Positions 1-11,911 of a stretch of DNA of 64,000 nucleotides are shown one piece after another (the stretch's first letter is position 1; the number at the start of each line of letters is the position of its first letter). The position numbers were made by a program, and so were the translations under genes. Source of the DNA: Mobula hypostoma (taxonomy: Eukaryota). The notes below the pieces were generated by a model, which was not told where the DNA came from, ran no database searches, and was given only the letters and a program-made list of their open reading frames with translations. The stretch is from positions 60,762,001-60,826,000 of the forward strand of contig NC_086097.1 of assembly GCF_963921235.1 (NCBI RefSeq). Reading direction: 5' to 3'.

Positions 1-17
1 TGCAATGAATTACTAAA

Positions 18-1985
18 TCAGGTTAGATTCATAGAGTCGTAGAAAAGTGCAGCACAGAAACTGGCCTTGAACCCATTTAGTCCATGCTGCAACCACTCAC
101 CCATTGACTTGCACCAGGACCATCGCCCTCCATTCCCCTGCCATACATGTACGTATCCAAACCTCTTAAACGTGGAAATCGAGTTTCCATGCACCACTTG
201 TGTTGGCAGCTGATTCCACACTCTGATCACTCTCTGAGTGATGAAGTTTCCCCTGATGTTCTCCTTAAACTTTTCACTTTTCACCCTTAACCCATGACCT
301 CTGGTTGTATTACCACCCAACCTCAAATGGAAAAAGCCGGCTTGCATTTACCCTATGTATGCCCTTCATAATTTTGTAAACCTCTATTAAATCTTCTCTT
401 AATTTTCTACATTCTAAGGAGTACAGTTCTAATCTATTCAATCTTTCCCTATAACTCAGGTCCTCCAGACCTGGGAACATCCTTGTAAATTTCCTCTGTA
501 CTCTTTCAACCTTAGTTACATCTTTCTTGTAGGTAGGTGACTAAAACTGGCCAAGTTAGGCCTCATCAATATCTTATACAACTTCAACATAACATCCCAT
601 CTGCTGTATGCAGTACATTGATATATGAAGGCCAATGTGCCAAAAGCTATATTTAAGACCCTGTCCACCTGTGACACCACTTTCAATGAATTATGGACCT
701 GTGTTCCCAGATCCCTTTGTTCTACCACACTGCTCTGTGCCCTACCATTCATTGCATAAGATCTACCCTGGCTGGTTATACTGAAGTGCAAAACCTTGCA
801 CTTCTCTGCATTAAATTCCATCAGCCCATGTTTCCAGCTGATGCAGATCCCTCTGCAAGCCATGATAGTCTTCCTTGCTACCCACTACATCCCCAATCTT
901 TGTGTCATCTACAAATTTGCTGATTCTGTTAACCACATTATCATCCAGATCATTGAAATAGATAACAAACAACAATGGACCCAGCACCGATCCCTATGGC
1001 ACACCACTAGTCACAGGCCTCCCATCAGAGAGGCATCCATCAACTACCACTCTCTGGTTTCTCCCACAAAGCCAATATCTGATCCAATTTTCCACCTCAT
1101 CTTGAATGCCGAGTGACTGAAACTTCTTAACCAATTTCCTACGTGGAAACTTGTCAAATGCCTTGCTAAAGTCCATACAGACAGCATCAACTGTCTTGTT
1201 TTTAATCAACTTCCCTGATAACTTCCTTGAATAACTCTGTCTGTCTGTCTAGGTACCATATCCGATGCGGACATTGGTGACCACGGTTTTCCATATAGAT
1301 CTATCCTTCATTCTTTGGATGACTTCCACTTCCTCAATGTGAATAACTCTATAAGATTGGTTATACATGATCTACCACGCACAAAGCCATACTGACTATT
1401 GTTAATTAATCCATGTCTAACCAAATACTTAAGTACTTAAGTGCCTGAGAATACCTTCTAATAACTTTCCAACTGCAGATATCTTATTCACAGGCCTATA
1501 TCTTTCTGGTTTATGTTTAGTGGAACAACATTCAATCATCTGGTACTTCTCCTTTCACTAAGGATAATACAAGTATCTCTGCTAGGGTCCTGGCAATTTC
1601 TGCACTTGCCACCCATAGGTTCCAAGGGAACACCTTGTCAGGCTTTGGGGATTATGCACTCTGATTTGCCTCAAGACAGCAAACACCTCCTCCTCTGTAA
1701 TTTGTACAGGGTCCATGAAGCTGATGCCACTTTCCCTCACTTCTATAGACTCTATGTCGATCTCCTGAGTAAATACAAATGCAAAATATTTATTTCCACT
1801 CTCCCCATCTGTTTCGGCTCCACAAATAAATTACCATTTTCATCTTCCAGAAGGCCAATTTTGTCTCTTGCAAACCTTTTGCTCTTAACATATCTGTGGA
1901 ATCCCTTAGGAATCTCCTTCATCTTGTTTGCTAGAGCAATTTCATGCCTTCTTTTAGCCTTCTTGATTTCTTTCTTAAGTGTTTT
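18..1985 (-). mobile_element. Degraded 5'-truncated CR1 LINE (ORF2 RT and 3' end)
   Basis: Minus ORFs 18..347 (TTRGHGLRV...FITQRVIRVWNQLP), 516..863 (MEFNAEKCKVLHF) and 994..1209 (DAVCMDFSKAFDKFP...VTSGVP) are canonical CR1 ORF2 segments separated by frameshifts. Confidence 0.9.
1239..1339 (-). mobile_element. Very short RTE-type LINE 3' end inserted in the CR1
   Basis: TSD TGAATAACTCT at 1228-1238 and 1340-1350. Minus strand reads IEEVEVIQRMKDRSIWKTVVTNVRIGYGT* followed by an (AGAC)n tail. Confidence 0.7.
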
Positions 1986-2197
1986 ACAAAGTTTTACAAA
2001 ACCAAATTCTCAGACATCCCAGGGATTTACTTTACTGGTTTTCTTTTTTTCCCCAGGAAGGAGATGTTGTTTACTTTAAAGTATTTATCTAGAACCTGCA
2101 AGTGACTCTTAATTCAGACCAAATACTTACCTACTTAATATTTATCTCCTTAATTCTTCATTTAAAAGGTATAAGTGTAACATGGTAAGCATTCAAA

Positions 2198-2665
2198 GTG
2201 GCTTTATCACTATCTGTTTTGGAGGGTGGGGGCCCTACTGCACAGGATCAAGGTAAGTTGCAGAGAGTTGTAAAGTTGGTTATCTACATCATGGGCACTA
2301 GCCTCCATAGTATCCAAGGCATCTTCAAGGAGCAAGGCCTCAAAAAGGCGGCATCCATCATTAAGGATTCTCATCACCCAGGTCATGCCTTGTTCTCATT
2401 CCTACCATCAGGAAGAAGACACAAAAGCTTGAAGGCACACACTAAATGATTCAGGAACAACTTCTTCCCCTCTGCTATTGTTTTTGGAATGGACATTGAA
2501 CTCATGAATACTATCTCACTATTTTTTATTTATGTTTTTGCACTACTTTCTTAATTTAACTATTAAATATACAAAGATATTTTCTGTAATTCAGTTTTTT
2601 TTAATGTACTGCTGCTTCAAAGTTAACAAATTTCATGAAATATACTGATGATATTAAACCTGAAC
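2198..2665 (+). mobile_element. Rex1/Babar-type LINE 3' fragment
   Basis: ORF 2198..2449 KLQRVVK...KKAASIIKDSHHPGHALFSFLPSGRR is the typical Rex1/Babar RT C-terminus, followed by an AT-rich 3' UTR. Confidence 0.8.
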
Positions 2666-3734
2666 AATGAAGTTGGTGATGGTATTCAATTAAGGGAGGT
2701 TGATTCCAAAGGGAATAGGAAATCTAGCATTCAGCATTGGATGATCAGTCATGGTTAGGGACAAAACTAATAAAAAAAAAGACTGAAAGACACAAAACCA
2801 ATCTGTGTCTTACTAAAGATTACACAAAGCAAAATAAATTCTCTTACTTGAAAGCTACAGCTTACTAAGTGTCTGAAGCATCTTCAGAACCCAAACTGCC
2901 AGACATAAGCACAAAAGATTAGAATCTGTTCAGAACAAAACATGAACTATCAGCAGTTGGTGATCATTTTACTGTCCACTAATTGTGAGTCTTACGCAAG
3001 AATTGTTCCTTGTCTAGAATCAGCCACCCGATACTGAGGAAGTGAAAATGAGTAGAGGATCATGAAGCAGATAAAGCAACCTTATTAGTATTTATCCTTG
3101 AGTCACCTGCTTGTTTAAACCAAGTGCAGTGGTTGACTAAGTCATGTTTGTTTCAATTTTTTGTGTATTTCTGACAGACATCAGTGAGCAAAATCGCCAG
3201 CATACATTTGGATGTTTAGTCTACCCGGCTTGAAGCATAAACTTACAGTGGGTAGAAATTAGTTTGAACTTCAAATGAAACAAGACTTTAAACAAAAGGA
3301 ATCACTGAGTACACCAAAATCAACATCTTCAGCCAATTTTCAACAAGTAAATGATTCGTGCTGAAACAGTAAATTAGTTTTTCCTCCCACTCCAGAAGTT
3401 AATATTTTTATGTATAATTTACACTTTTTTCTTTTTTTTCATGCTATGGTGTTATAGAGTAAAAGAAAGATACAGCACAGAAATAGGCCCTTTAGCCTAT
3501 ATCTCTGCTGACCACCAAACATGCTGTATCTTTAGGCTAAATCCATGCTAACCCATCTTATTCTTCTCACTCCCCCATGAAATCTTCCATAATTCTCATC
3601 TATGTATTGCTCGAGTACACACTTTAAAGTGGTGAATCACAACTTTAAAAAATCAAACACGGTGACTCAACTTTAAAAGGATTGTCATTCTGTAGGAATA
3701 TGTCACATAACAGATGGTCTTTTTGTACAATACA

Positions 3735-3905
3735 CCAGAAGAAGCTGGAAATACTCAGCAGGTCAGGCAACACCAACAGCGAAGCTTGTATTCACACATT
3801 TCATCAGTATTTTATTCATTCTGATGAAAGTCACCAACCTGAAACATTAGTTCTGTTGCTTTCTTCAAGATGCTGCTCTGCCTGCTTAGCATCTCCACCA
3901 TTTAA
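3735..3905. repeat. Old Penelope-derived inverted-arm mini-element
   Basis: GCTGGAAATACTCAGCAGGTCAGGCAACA is mirrored by GATGCTGCTCTGCCTGCTTAGCATCTCCA, with a CTGATGA...GAAAC core near 3821-3846. Similar to 41017-41218. Confidence 0.55.
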
Positions 3906-4537
3906 TATATTTTCTCTTTTAAGATGTTTGCCTTCTTGTAAATATGGAGGCGTACAAAGGTTCATCGAATGAGGACATAAACAGCCACATTTCATATATG
4001 TCTAGATAATTAAAATGGTCTTTTTGGTACACAATTCCCTCAGAGCCAAAGTTCACTTTACAGTAGATAAGAGACCTGCCAGGATGGGAGTGAGTTATGG
4101 GTCTTTCAAGCATGTGAAAAAGTGGCAATAACTCACTGCCACCAATAAAATATCCACTGCATTATCTTTTGTGTACAACCAAACAATAGAGATGTTTCAT
4201 TTATTCTTGCTGACTGCTCCACCTGTCATATGTCATAAATAGTTCAGAGTATATTCTATTAAGGCAACTCTTTACTTGACCTACAAGTACAATGAAACTG
4301 TAAAAAAGAAGTTAGTAAAAATAAAGTGTTAAATGAAATGACCCTCCGGTACCATAAATTTCAATATACTCAGGACGCTGCTTTGTGCAATGTGATTTCA
4401 AGGATATGAGACTCACTCCTTTGATTAAAAAGATGCCTGTCCAATATCTGCAGATTATTTTTGCTTTTTACACAATCTAATACAGATAATAATAAACAAA
4501 ATGTCAAATTCATGCTTTATAAAGTTTTTGTAATATA

Positions 4538-4876
4538 CCAGGGGTGATTGATAAGTTTGTGGCCTAAGGTAGAAGGAGTCAATTTTAGAAAACCTAGCAC
4601 ATTTATTTTTCAACATTTTCCCACATTTACACACTTAGTCCAGTGGTCGTGGAGCATACAGATCTCTTCTTTGTAGAAGTCAGTGTGTTGGATCCTCCAG
4701 AAGTGGTCCACAGCAGGGGAGATTGATAAGTTTGTGGCCTAAGGTAGAAGGAGATGAGTTATACAGCTCTCGTTACGAGCACGTGTAGTTCAACTCTTTG
4801 AGTGATTATGCAAATGTTTGAAGTTAATAACTCATCTCCTTCCACCTTAGGCCATGAACTTATCAATCACCCCTTG
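4538..4876. mobile_element. Mariner-like MITE with three TIR copies
   Basis: TA then CCAGGGGTGATTGATAAGTTTGTGGCCTAAGGTAGAAGGAG at 4538, a direct internal copy at ~4714-4760, and an inverted copy ending ~4876. Second family member at 34473. Confidence 0.8.
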
Positions 4877-5899
4877 TTTATTATCAGTTATATTGATTTT
4901 TACAGGGATTTTAGCTATTACAAATAATGAAAAGTTATCTTCAATATTCAATCGGGTAATTACTGACTTTACTGGGATAGGTATTAGTATGGAAAAGGAG
5001 CTGAGGCCTTGGATAGATGAGCCATGATCACAATGAATGGCAAGGATGCTTCAGGAGCCAGGTGGCCAACTTCTACTTCTATTTTCTTGTCTTTCTGAAT
5101 TGGGTAGGCAGAAAGTGAGGCAAACATCATATTTTTCTGTTTATTGAATGTTACTGTGTTAAATCTGGGCCATATTTTTATTCAACAGCCTCCACCACAC
5201 ACTGTTAGTCCATCAAGATTACAAAGGTGGTCAAGAAGGGGCAGATGACCAGCAATAGGGGATGGTATTCTGGTTTGCAACACACATAAATCCTGGAGTG
5301 AGGGAGAGGTTGTGTGTTCCTGCGAGAAGGTCTTGCAGGGCTTAAATGGATCAGATCAAACACGTGCAGTTGGCTTGGAGGAAGTAATCCTGCTCCTATT
5401 GGTCCCCCATTGGATTCCATAGAATAGAAAGCCAATCTGTAGACTTGAAGGAAGAAGCTATCTACTTCAGAATCAGTTGAAGTCAATTTTGGCTCTGTGG
5501 TAAGTTGGTTAGTGATAGTTCACAGGTCTCTGGTGTGATGAACTAAGTAGTCAAGCAAAGTTGCTGAAGATGTAAAGTCTTTGGATCCAGATAAACCCAA
5601 GCACTGCAGGATAAGCTACTCAATTGACAGGCTCAGGAGTTTTGCATGTACTTGTTGTGGCAGATGTGAAGTATAATTGTGAATATCATTAGTGAAATAC
5701 AAACAGCTCCCTGCTCAAATACAATATCACAGAGCACACTACACCAAACGGCAGGAAAGGTGGACAGTTACAAGGTCAAATTTCTGTTGTTAAATTTTCA
5801 GCTCATAAAACTGAGGCAAATATAGCCTGGAGAGAGGATTATACAAACAACAAAAGGCAAAGGAGGAAAAAAGAACCAATGCCATGATTGCCATGCATG

Positions 5900-6331
5900 T
5901 GACTATTGCCAATCCTTGTGGCTATTCTAAGGGTTCTTGACAATTTATTAGATTTACTATGAGCATTAATGACAGGATGGAAATCCACATGTATATGTTT
6001 ACTAATGAAGCACTGACGACAACATTGTGAACTGTGAGGATAGAAGCGTTCAATTACAACTGTTTACTAATAGGTTCAGTAAAGAGGCAAAGCCCTAGCA
6101 AATGGATTTCAATGTAAGCCATGGGAGCCATCCATTATCCACCTAGAAAGAACAGAAAACTTACAAAATGGTGCACTGTAAGAAACAGTAGAGACCTAAA
6201 GCATCCTGTGTACCTCTGAACATAGGTAATGAAAATGTCAGGGGTAGAAGATAATCAAAAAGTTTCAGTGCATTTGATATTTAAATGTAAAGAACTGAAG
6301 CTTCCAAGGGTAGAAGTTGTACAAAAATTAT
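5900..6331 (+). mobile_element. Highly decayed CR1 fragment; CR1-like sequence appears to resume near 10440-10600
   Basis: Degenerate CR1-like nucleotide motifs (AAATGGATTTCAATGT, GTACAAAA) with no intact ORF. Confidence 0.4.
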
Positions 6332-6939
6332 TGTAACACTCACTTTGCCTAGTGGCATGATCTTGGGGTGATAACCCCCTGCCCAGCCAAACCTTAGAAC
6401 TCTCGTCTGGGTGAATGCTGTGCGATGTGTCCCCTGTTTCAAATCAGTACCCCGTAATGACAAACCTTACACAGGATGCATTTAAAGTATTTAAGATTTT
6501 TTAATTCTTACCTGAACTATGGGGTTAGTAGAGAAACAAAATATAAAATAAAATAAAGGTGCCACTATATCTTTATTCAGTCTGTGCAGAATAATTTGTT
6601 GGAGCTCACACAATATCCACTTTCCACCACTTGATCTCTTCCGAACTCTGCCGGGTTCCAAGTCCCCGCTCACCTGGTCACAGCATCTCTTTGGGTGCAT
6701 CTTCTCTCTTCCTCTCCATGGCGCATCCTCCTCAAAATCCCATGCAAACAACAGCTTACAGACACACAAGAAAGAATAACATCTATCCCAATTGGTTAAC
6801 AAATGAATACAAGTTCCCGTTATCAGTGATTATAACCCAAACATGCTGTTACAGAGAACCCCTTACCTCAGCAGTTAACATTATGAAGAAGCCATTTTAT
6901 TAGCCTTAGCAAGTAACATGAAAGAAGAAGCCCCCTACA
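6332..6939 (-). repeat. 3' LTR of a Gypsy element
   Basis: On the minus strand it begins TGTAGG directly after the polypurine tract GGGGGGGAAAG (6940-6950), ends TGTTACA at 6332, and contains AATAAA at 6572-6577. Confidence 0.75.
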
Positions 6940-7339
6940 CTTTCCCCCCCATCAAATATCATCATGTCCTCATGACGTCCATATAACTCACAAACCCACC
7001 AACCCCATCCAGGTACAAAAACAGTGACATTGCTCTCCAAACAGTATACTTTATGGCCTGTTCCACTATCAGGTCTGCTTACCAAATCCTCTCTCAATCT
7101 ATCACTCAAGCTCCCTGCAAATCGGAGCCCCCTATCTCATGTCCAGGCCCCTGCTTCCTTTACTTCAGGGTCCTGCTGTAACCCAGGCTGCCCACAGATA
7201 GTCCTCCCCACTACACCTGACTCAGTGGGAGAAGGGCCAAAAATCTCTTCCTCGATCAAGGGGAAGTTAGCGAAAGACAGCAGGTACCACACATACAGCT
7301 CATCATCCTTCGAATCCGTATTGCCCATTTCCTCGATCG

Positions 7340-7735
7340 GTAGCCACTGTTTGGTTTTCTTCAAACTGGAGCACTTGGCCTGGGCTGCCTCCGCAGCCTC
7401 TTCAGCCTCCTGTAATTGAGCCATCAGCTTCTTCTTGGACTCTTCCATTTTAGTGGTCCCTGAACTTATCTCCAGCTCTTTCTTCTTAATTACTTCTTCC
7501 TGTTGAACTTCCAGTTTTCCCATTTCATTTAGGCTGTCAATGATCATCTTCAGGCTTCCGCTCCCCTCTACCAAGATCTGTCCGCAATTGCTTCACCTCC
7601 TCTGTATTGTATTCAGACTCTCCTCTCGGTGCTCTGAGTTCTCTGTTGGCCCTAGTCAGACAGCTTCCTTTGTCTTCCCCAACAAGCAAGTCTTCCAACT
7701 TGTTCTGGATCAATTTCTCCAGTTTCTGCTTGGAA
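7340..7735 (-). pseudogene. MYH16: Captured intronless myosin heavy-chain rod fragment, MYH16-like; may extend to ~7830
   Basis: Translation KQKLEKLIQNKLEDLLVGEDKGSCLTRANREL...[16 protein letters not shown] / [31 protein letters not shown]...[36 protein letters not shown] matches recalled class II myosin rod motifs. LKMxIDxLNEM and [13 protein letters not shown] fit MYH16 as I recall it. The paralog call is less certain than the myosin call. Confidence 0.72.
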
Positions 7736-9487
7736 TTGTGTTTCTCCACCTCCACTTCAAACTTGATCCCATAGAGACAGTCACTCAGCTCCTCCACCAC
7801 CATTGTCTGTTCCAACACCAGGACATTCAACTGGTGTGTTGGGTAATTTCTCCAATAATAACCAGAGAATTCCACAAGTGAATGCAGAACACTCACGAGC
7901 AGTATCCTTCTCCAGACCTGGCACTCGTCCAAAGAAAGCTTCACTTTGTTAACCCCTAGTCGCCTGGGATCCCTCACTTGCCTCACTTCATAGTCTTCCA
8001 AGGAGAATCCCAATGCTAGGAGAACATCCAAATACACCAAAACTTCACACAAGTCCACATCCCCCATGGTCCTCCCCGTGTCCCGCGGGAAGGTTACAAG
8101 GGCTCCGGATATGCCCTAGTGCATCTTTTTGGACTGGAAGAATCCCAGGGGACCTATAACAGCTGTCTTCTCCATGTCGGCCTCACTCATCGGGATCTGG
8201 CAATATCCACTCCTCAGATCCAGCACATAAACCACTTTGTACCGCTCAGACAGACCAGCGTGTCTTCGACCCTTGGGACCGCATACTGGTCAGGGACAGT
8301 GCACCTGTTCAGATTCCTATAATCCATACACACGCTGCCTGCATCCTTCACGTCTACAGGGGCCAGTCGCCTCAACTTCTCTCTCACAGACGTGTCTTCA
8401 GATACCTCAGATACTTCCCCCAGGCCATACCACCATCGGCTCTCATTTAAATTCAGTACCGGCCCAATGCTGCTACACATGTCTTCACAAGCAGCTCGGA
8501 ACACTGGGTGCACAGACAATGCCCCCAATCAGCTCTCACCCGCCTTCTGACCAGCGGGGTGTTGGTCCCCTCCAGAATTGAAATGCTGCCCATCTCAACA
8601 GTGTCTGGACACATCAGCACTAACGATTCACGACCCTCCGAGAACTTCAGTTTCACTGACCAATAACCGTCGTCTGAATAATCACCAGCACTGGTATCCC
8701 AAATCTCCAGTGCTCTGAAGGCTATCAAGGGTAAATATTTCAGAAACTGGTTGTAAAACAAACTGTACAGCAACTTGACCGGCAACTCAGTGTTGAGTAT
8801 GGCTTTAGCATTGTTTCCATCCCTCCTTAACGACCCACTGGAGCGCAGTCCCACTAAGCCTTCAGCAATAGGGTCTTTTCCTCTTGGGAGTTTCTTGGTA
8901 CATTGCAGGGAATGTGTTCCTCAAAGAGACACCAGGCAGCTCCCCCACTGAATCTCCTCTAAGTTTCCTGACATCTCTCTGATCAGCTGAATGACAGCCC
9001 CCACCCCGCACTGCAACCAATTTAGCTGCTTCTCTAGCCAAAAAAAATACTCTGAAAGCTTTTCCCCATTCTCCTGACTCACGTTTGGAAACTCCACCCC
9101 GAGCTGCAGTTTGCCCTCAGTCGAAACAATCGCCTTTTCCCATGTCTCTATGGGGTCATTGAACCTGACAGTTCTAACAACATCAGCAGCCCGTCTATCT
9201 AAACTTCTAACCAATCCCTGTTGCTTTCCCTTAGCCGAGCACTGCCGCTCACCTAGCAACTGAGAGGTCCGCTCCGCCCACGCCTCCGTCCCTTTAGGGA
9301 TGGACATTATTCCAAAATCTGGGTGGAGCCTGCCATAGTTGGAACATTCCGACCCCTTTTTCCCCTCACTCCTGACAGTATGGACAGCCCATGGCCCCGC
9401 CTCACCAATAGACACTGGCAGTTTCACCACCGTGACGTCAGCGCTAGCCTGACCTAGAACAAAGACCACCGTTTTATCAGACCTTCA

Positions 9488-10436
9488 TGTCACGCTTCCA
9501 ACGGCACTGATCTGGGCCGACAGTTATGTGTCGGCAGCACCTAATTAATTAGCTTGTTTGTTTTGGCTTTTTTCTTAAAGATGTGCTGTGTGCCTCCCGG
9601 CTACTGCTGCGTTCTCCGCGAATCAGTACAGTACCTGTCCGGGGACCGAGTGTTGGGGTGATGGGACACGGGGGTGTCATCTCATTGTCGATCAGGGCAG
9701 GCAGCTTATCTTCTCCTATGACTGCCTGCCTCGATGTCGAAGATCGAGGATCGTCGTCTGCTGTGGCTGATGTGGAAGGCTTGCTTGACTGCTGAGACTC
9801 GCGCATTTTTCTATCATACAGTTGTTTGTAAGGACTCCAACCATCCTGCAAATATCCCCTAAACCTACGTACACTTTCAAAATTAAAGTCGTACTTTATC
9901 ATTGCAGCGAAAATCTCACGCAATTGCTTCACTTTCTGCATTCGGTTGCATTCGGTTTCGACTGTTATCCTTTCCTCTTCCAATTGTATCAGCTCTTCAT
10001 CTATCAGTTCTTGGTCATGGGATGCCAAAACCTCTTCAACATCATCTTCGTCACCTTCCACAAGCCAAACTCACTTTGTCCTTACTTCGTTCACCACGAT
10101 CGAAATGCTTAATTATGTCTAGTTTTACGCTAAGTGTAACACCCTTTACACTTTTACATTTAGGCTTTTCCAATACCTCAGAACTCATCTTGCTAACAGC
10201 TGCTCAATGCAACGTGTTTAAACAATGCCGTTCTGAATCCGGGGCAGAGCGGCTGCTCGGGGCGCGTGCTGCCTTTTATCGCACGCTGATTTTTTCACAC
10301 GCTGATTTTTTATCGTGCGCTGCCTTTCTTCGTAACAGTGAAAACACCTTCTGAAAGCGAAAACAGGTTACTAATGTAGGTCTTTCGTAACAGTGAGGTT
10401 TTGTAAAGTGAACGTTCGAAAAGCGGGGGACACCTG
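9488..10436 (-). mobile_element. Internally deleted pogo/Tigger-like DNA transposon, one TIR retained
   Basis: TIR CAGGTGTCCCCCGC at 10436 with TA at 10437-10438. ATG at 10188 gives a CENP-B-type HTH start (VTLSVKLDIIKHFDRGERSKD) joined to the acidic Tigger C-terminus in ORF 9549..10061 (DEDDVEEVLASHDQELIDEELIQLE...YDFNFE). Confidence 0.8.
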
Positions 10437-11639
10437 TAGTTAGGGAGAAACTGCTTCTGCTACTTCAGATGTTTATGGCATAGTATAGAATTAGAGCAGA
10501 AACATTTCTGAGTTTGAGGATGCGTTTCCATTGAAAGTGCAGTAGAGGCTTGGGACTCATTTTTTCTGTTAATAGATGTCAGGTTGTTGATTGATGTTAA
10601 ATCTGAGACTTTTTGTTAAGCAAATCTATTGAGGGAGATGGATAAAACAATTATCTGTTTGTGTGACCTGCAAAATATTAATAGTGTAATATGAAGATTA
10701 TTATGATTAAGGCCACCACATACTGGGCAGATCAGTATAGGGTTAATAGTATAGGCTGGGGAGGGCCCCATCAGAATTTGGGTTTGTGAGCACGTGGCCA
10801 CCTTATTCCCAGACTGGCATTAGACAGTTGAGGATTGACTTTGGTTTCTTGAAAGCTGAGAACCTGGGCTTCATGGTTCAGGAAAGTTAACAGGATGCAG
10901 TGTGTCTTGTTTACTTCCAGCCAAGAGTAGTGTTTGACGTGTGTTCCAATAGGGGATGTGGTATGACAAATGGGTCCTTGAAGTGGGGAAGAAAAGGATG
11001 CAATGTAAGTCCTTTTGTTAGCGGGTGTGTTCCACAACTTGCCAGTTTAGTGTATTCCAAGGAAAATCCTATTAACATTCAAATATTCAGTGCGGTCAAG
11101 CACAGGGAATCCCTTGAGTTGTGGTAATATCCATCTTCTACATTTTTGTGGCAGATTGTGAGTGAGGTAGAACACCTAATTGAAAAATTGGTTCACTCTG
11201 AGGTCAAGAAAGTCAAGAAACAGAACTAAGAACAAGAATATTTCAACTCACTTAGAAGGTGTGATCTGAGTGCAAGCTATTCACAAAGGAACCTGATGAC
11301 AGCAGTGTGGATGTTGTCAATTTGCAAGAAATTTGCAGATGACTTTAGCTGAAATCTAAATATATATATTTAGATGAAGAAGTGCTTGACCTGAGACATC
11401 TACTGTTTATTCATTTCTATAGATGCCACCTGAGCTACGGACTTCCTCAGCATTTTGTATTTGTTCCTATGTATCAGCTTCTTGGGAGCGGGGTGACCAG
11501 ATATATGGCCAAGTAACTTGCTGTATATCAAGGAAGAGTCCGAAAACAAAGCATCAGATAAACCTCCCTAGTTAATATCCATTAAAGTAGGCAATTTGAC
11601 TAAAGTTAAAGTCGAGTTTATTATCATATCATATGCATA

Positions 11640-11690
11640 AGTGTGTGTATAGGTGTGTGTGTGTGTGTATATATGTATATATAATATACA
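11640..11690. repeat. (GT)n/(AT)n microsatellite inside a decayed LINE 3' UTR
   Basis: GTGTGTGTATAGGTGTGTGTGTGTGTGTATATATGTATATAT seen directly. Confidence 0.8.
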
Positions 11691-11911
11691 TAGGTGCAAT
11701 GATAAACCTACTTACAGCAGCAACACAGGCACAGAGCATCATTTAAACAACATTCACAAGAATAATTAACATCAATTATACAGAATTGGGGTGTGCAGAC
11801 TGATTTAACAACCAAATAGTTGAAAGGAAATAGCTGATCTTGAACTCACAAGTACTGACATGGTGAAAAGTGATCTATGACCTAAGATTATTTGCCTTTG
11901 GTGCATCCAAC

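Larger units (their letters stand above)
6332..9487 (-). mobile_element. Non-autonomous Gypsy (Ty3) LTR retrotransposon relic with PNMA-like gag, protease and RT; RNase H/integrase replaced by a captured myosin fragment; 5' LTR missing
   Basis: gag-like 8921..9469 (YGRLH...AWAERTSQLLGERQCS...LVRSL), protease-region 8453..8854, RT 8214..8528 ([23 protein letters not shown]) and 7537..8067 (LVYLD...EFSGYYWR), plus PPT and LTR. Confidence 0.85.

Noticed and set aside
1513..2079. 188-aa plus-strand ORF and similar long ORFs (22794..23459, 23383..23976, 39381..39962, 51196..51768, 54330..54869)
   Set aside because: They are antisense shadows of LINE coding sequence with no independent protein motifs.
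5205..5486. 93-aa minus-strand ORF in non-repeat-looking sequence
   Set aside because: Non-ATG start, no recognisable domain and no convincing splice sites.
7137..7830. Myosin-like sequence as exons of a genuine host myosin gene
   Set aside because: It is embedded between Gypsy RT and PPT/LTR, has no splice signals, is frameshifted, and joins non-adjacent rod segments.
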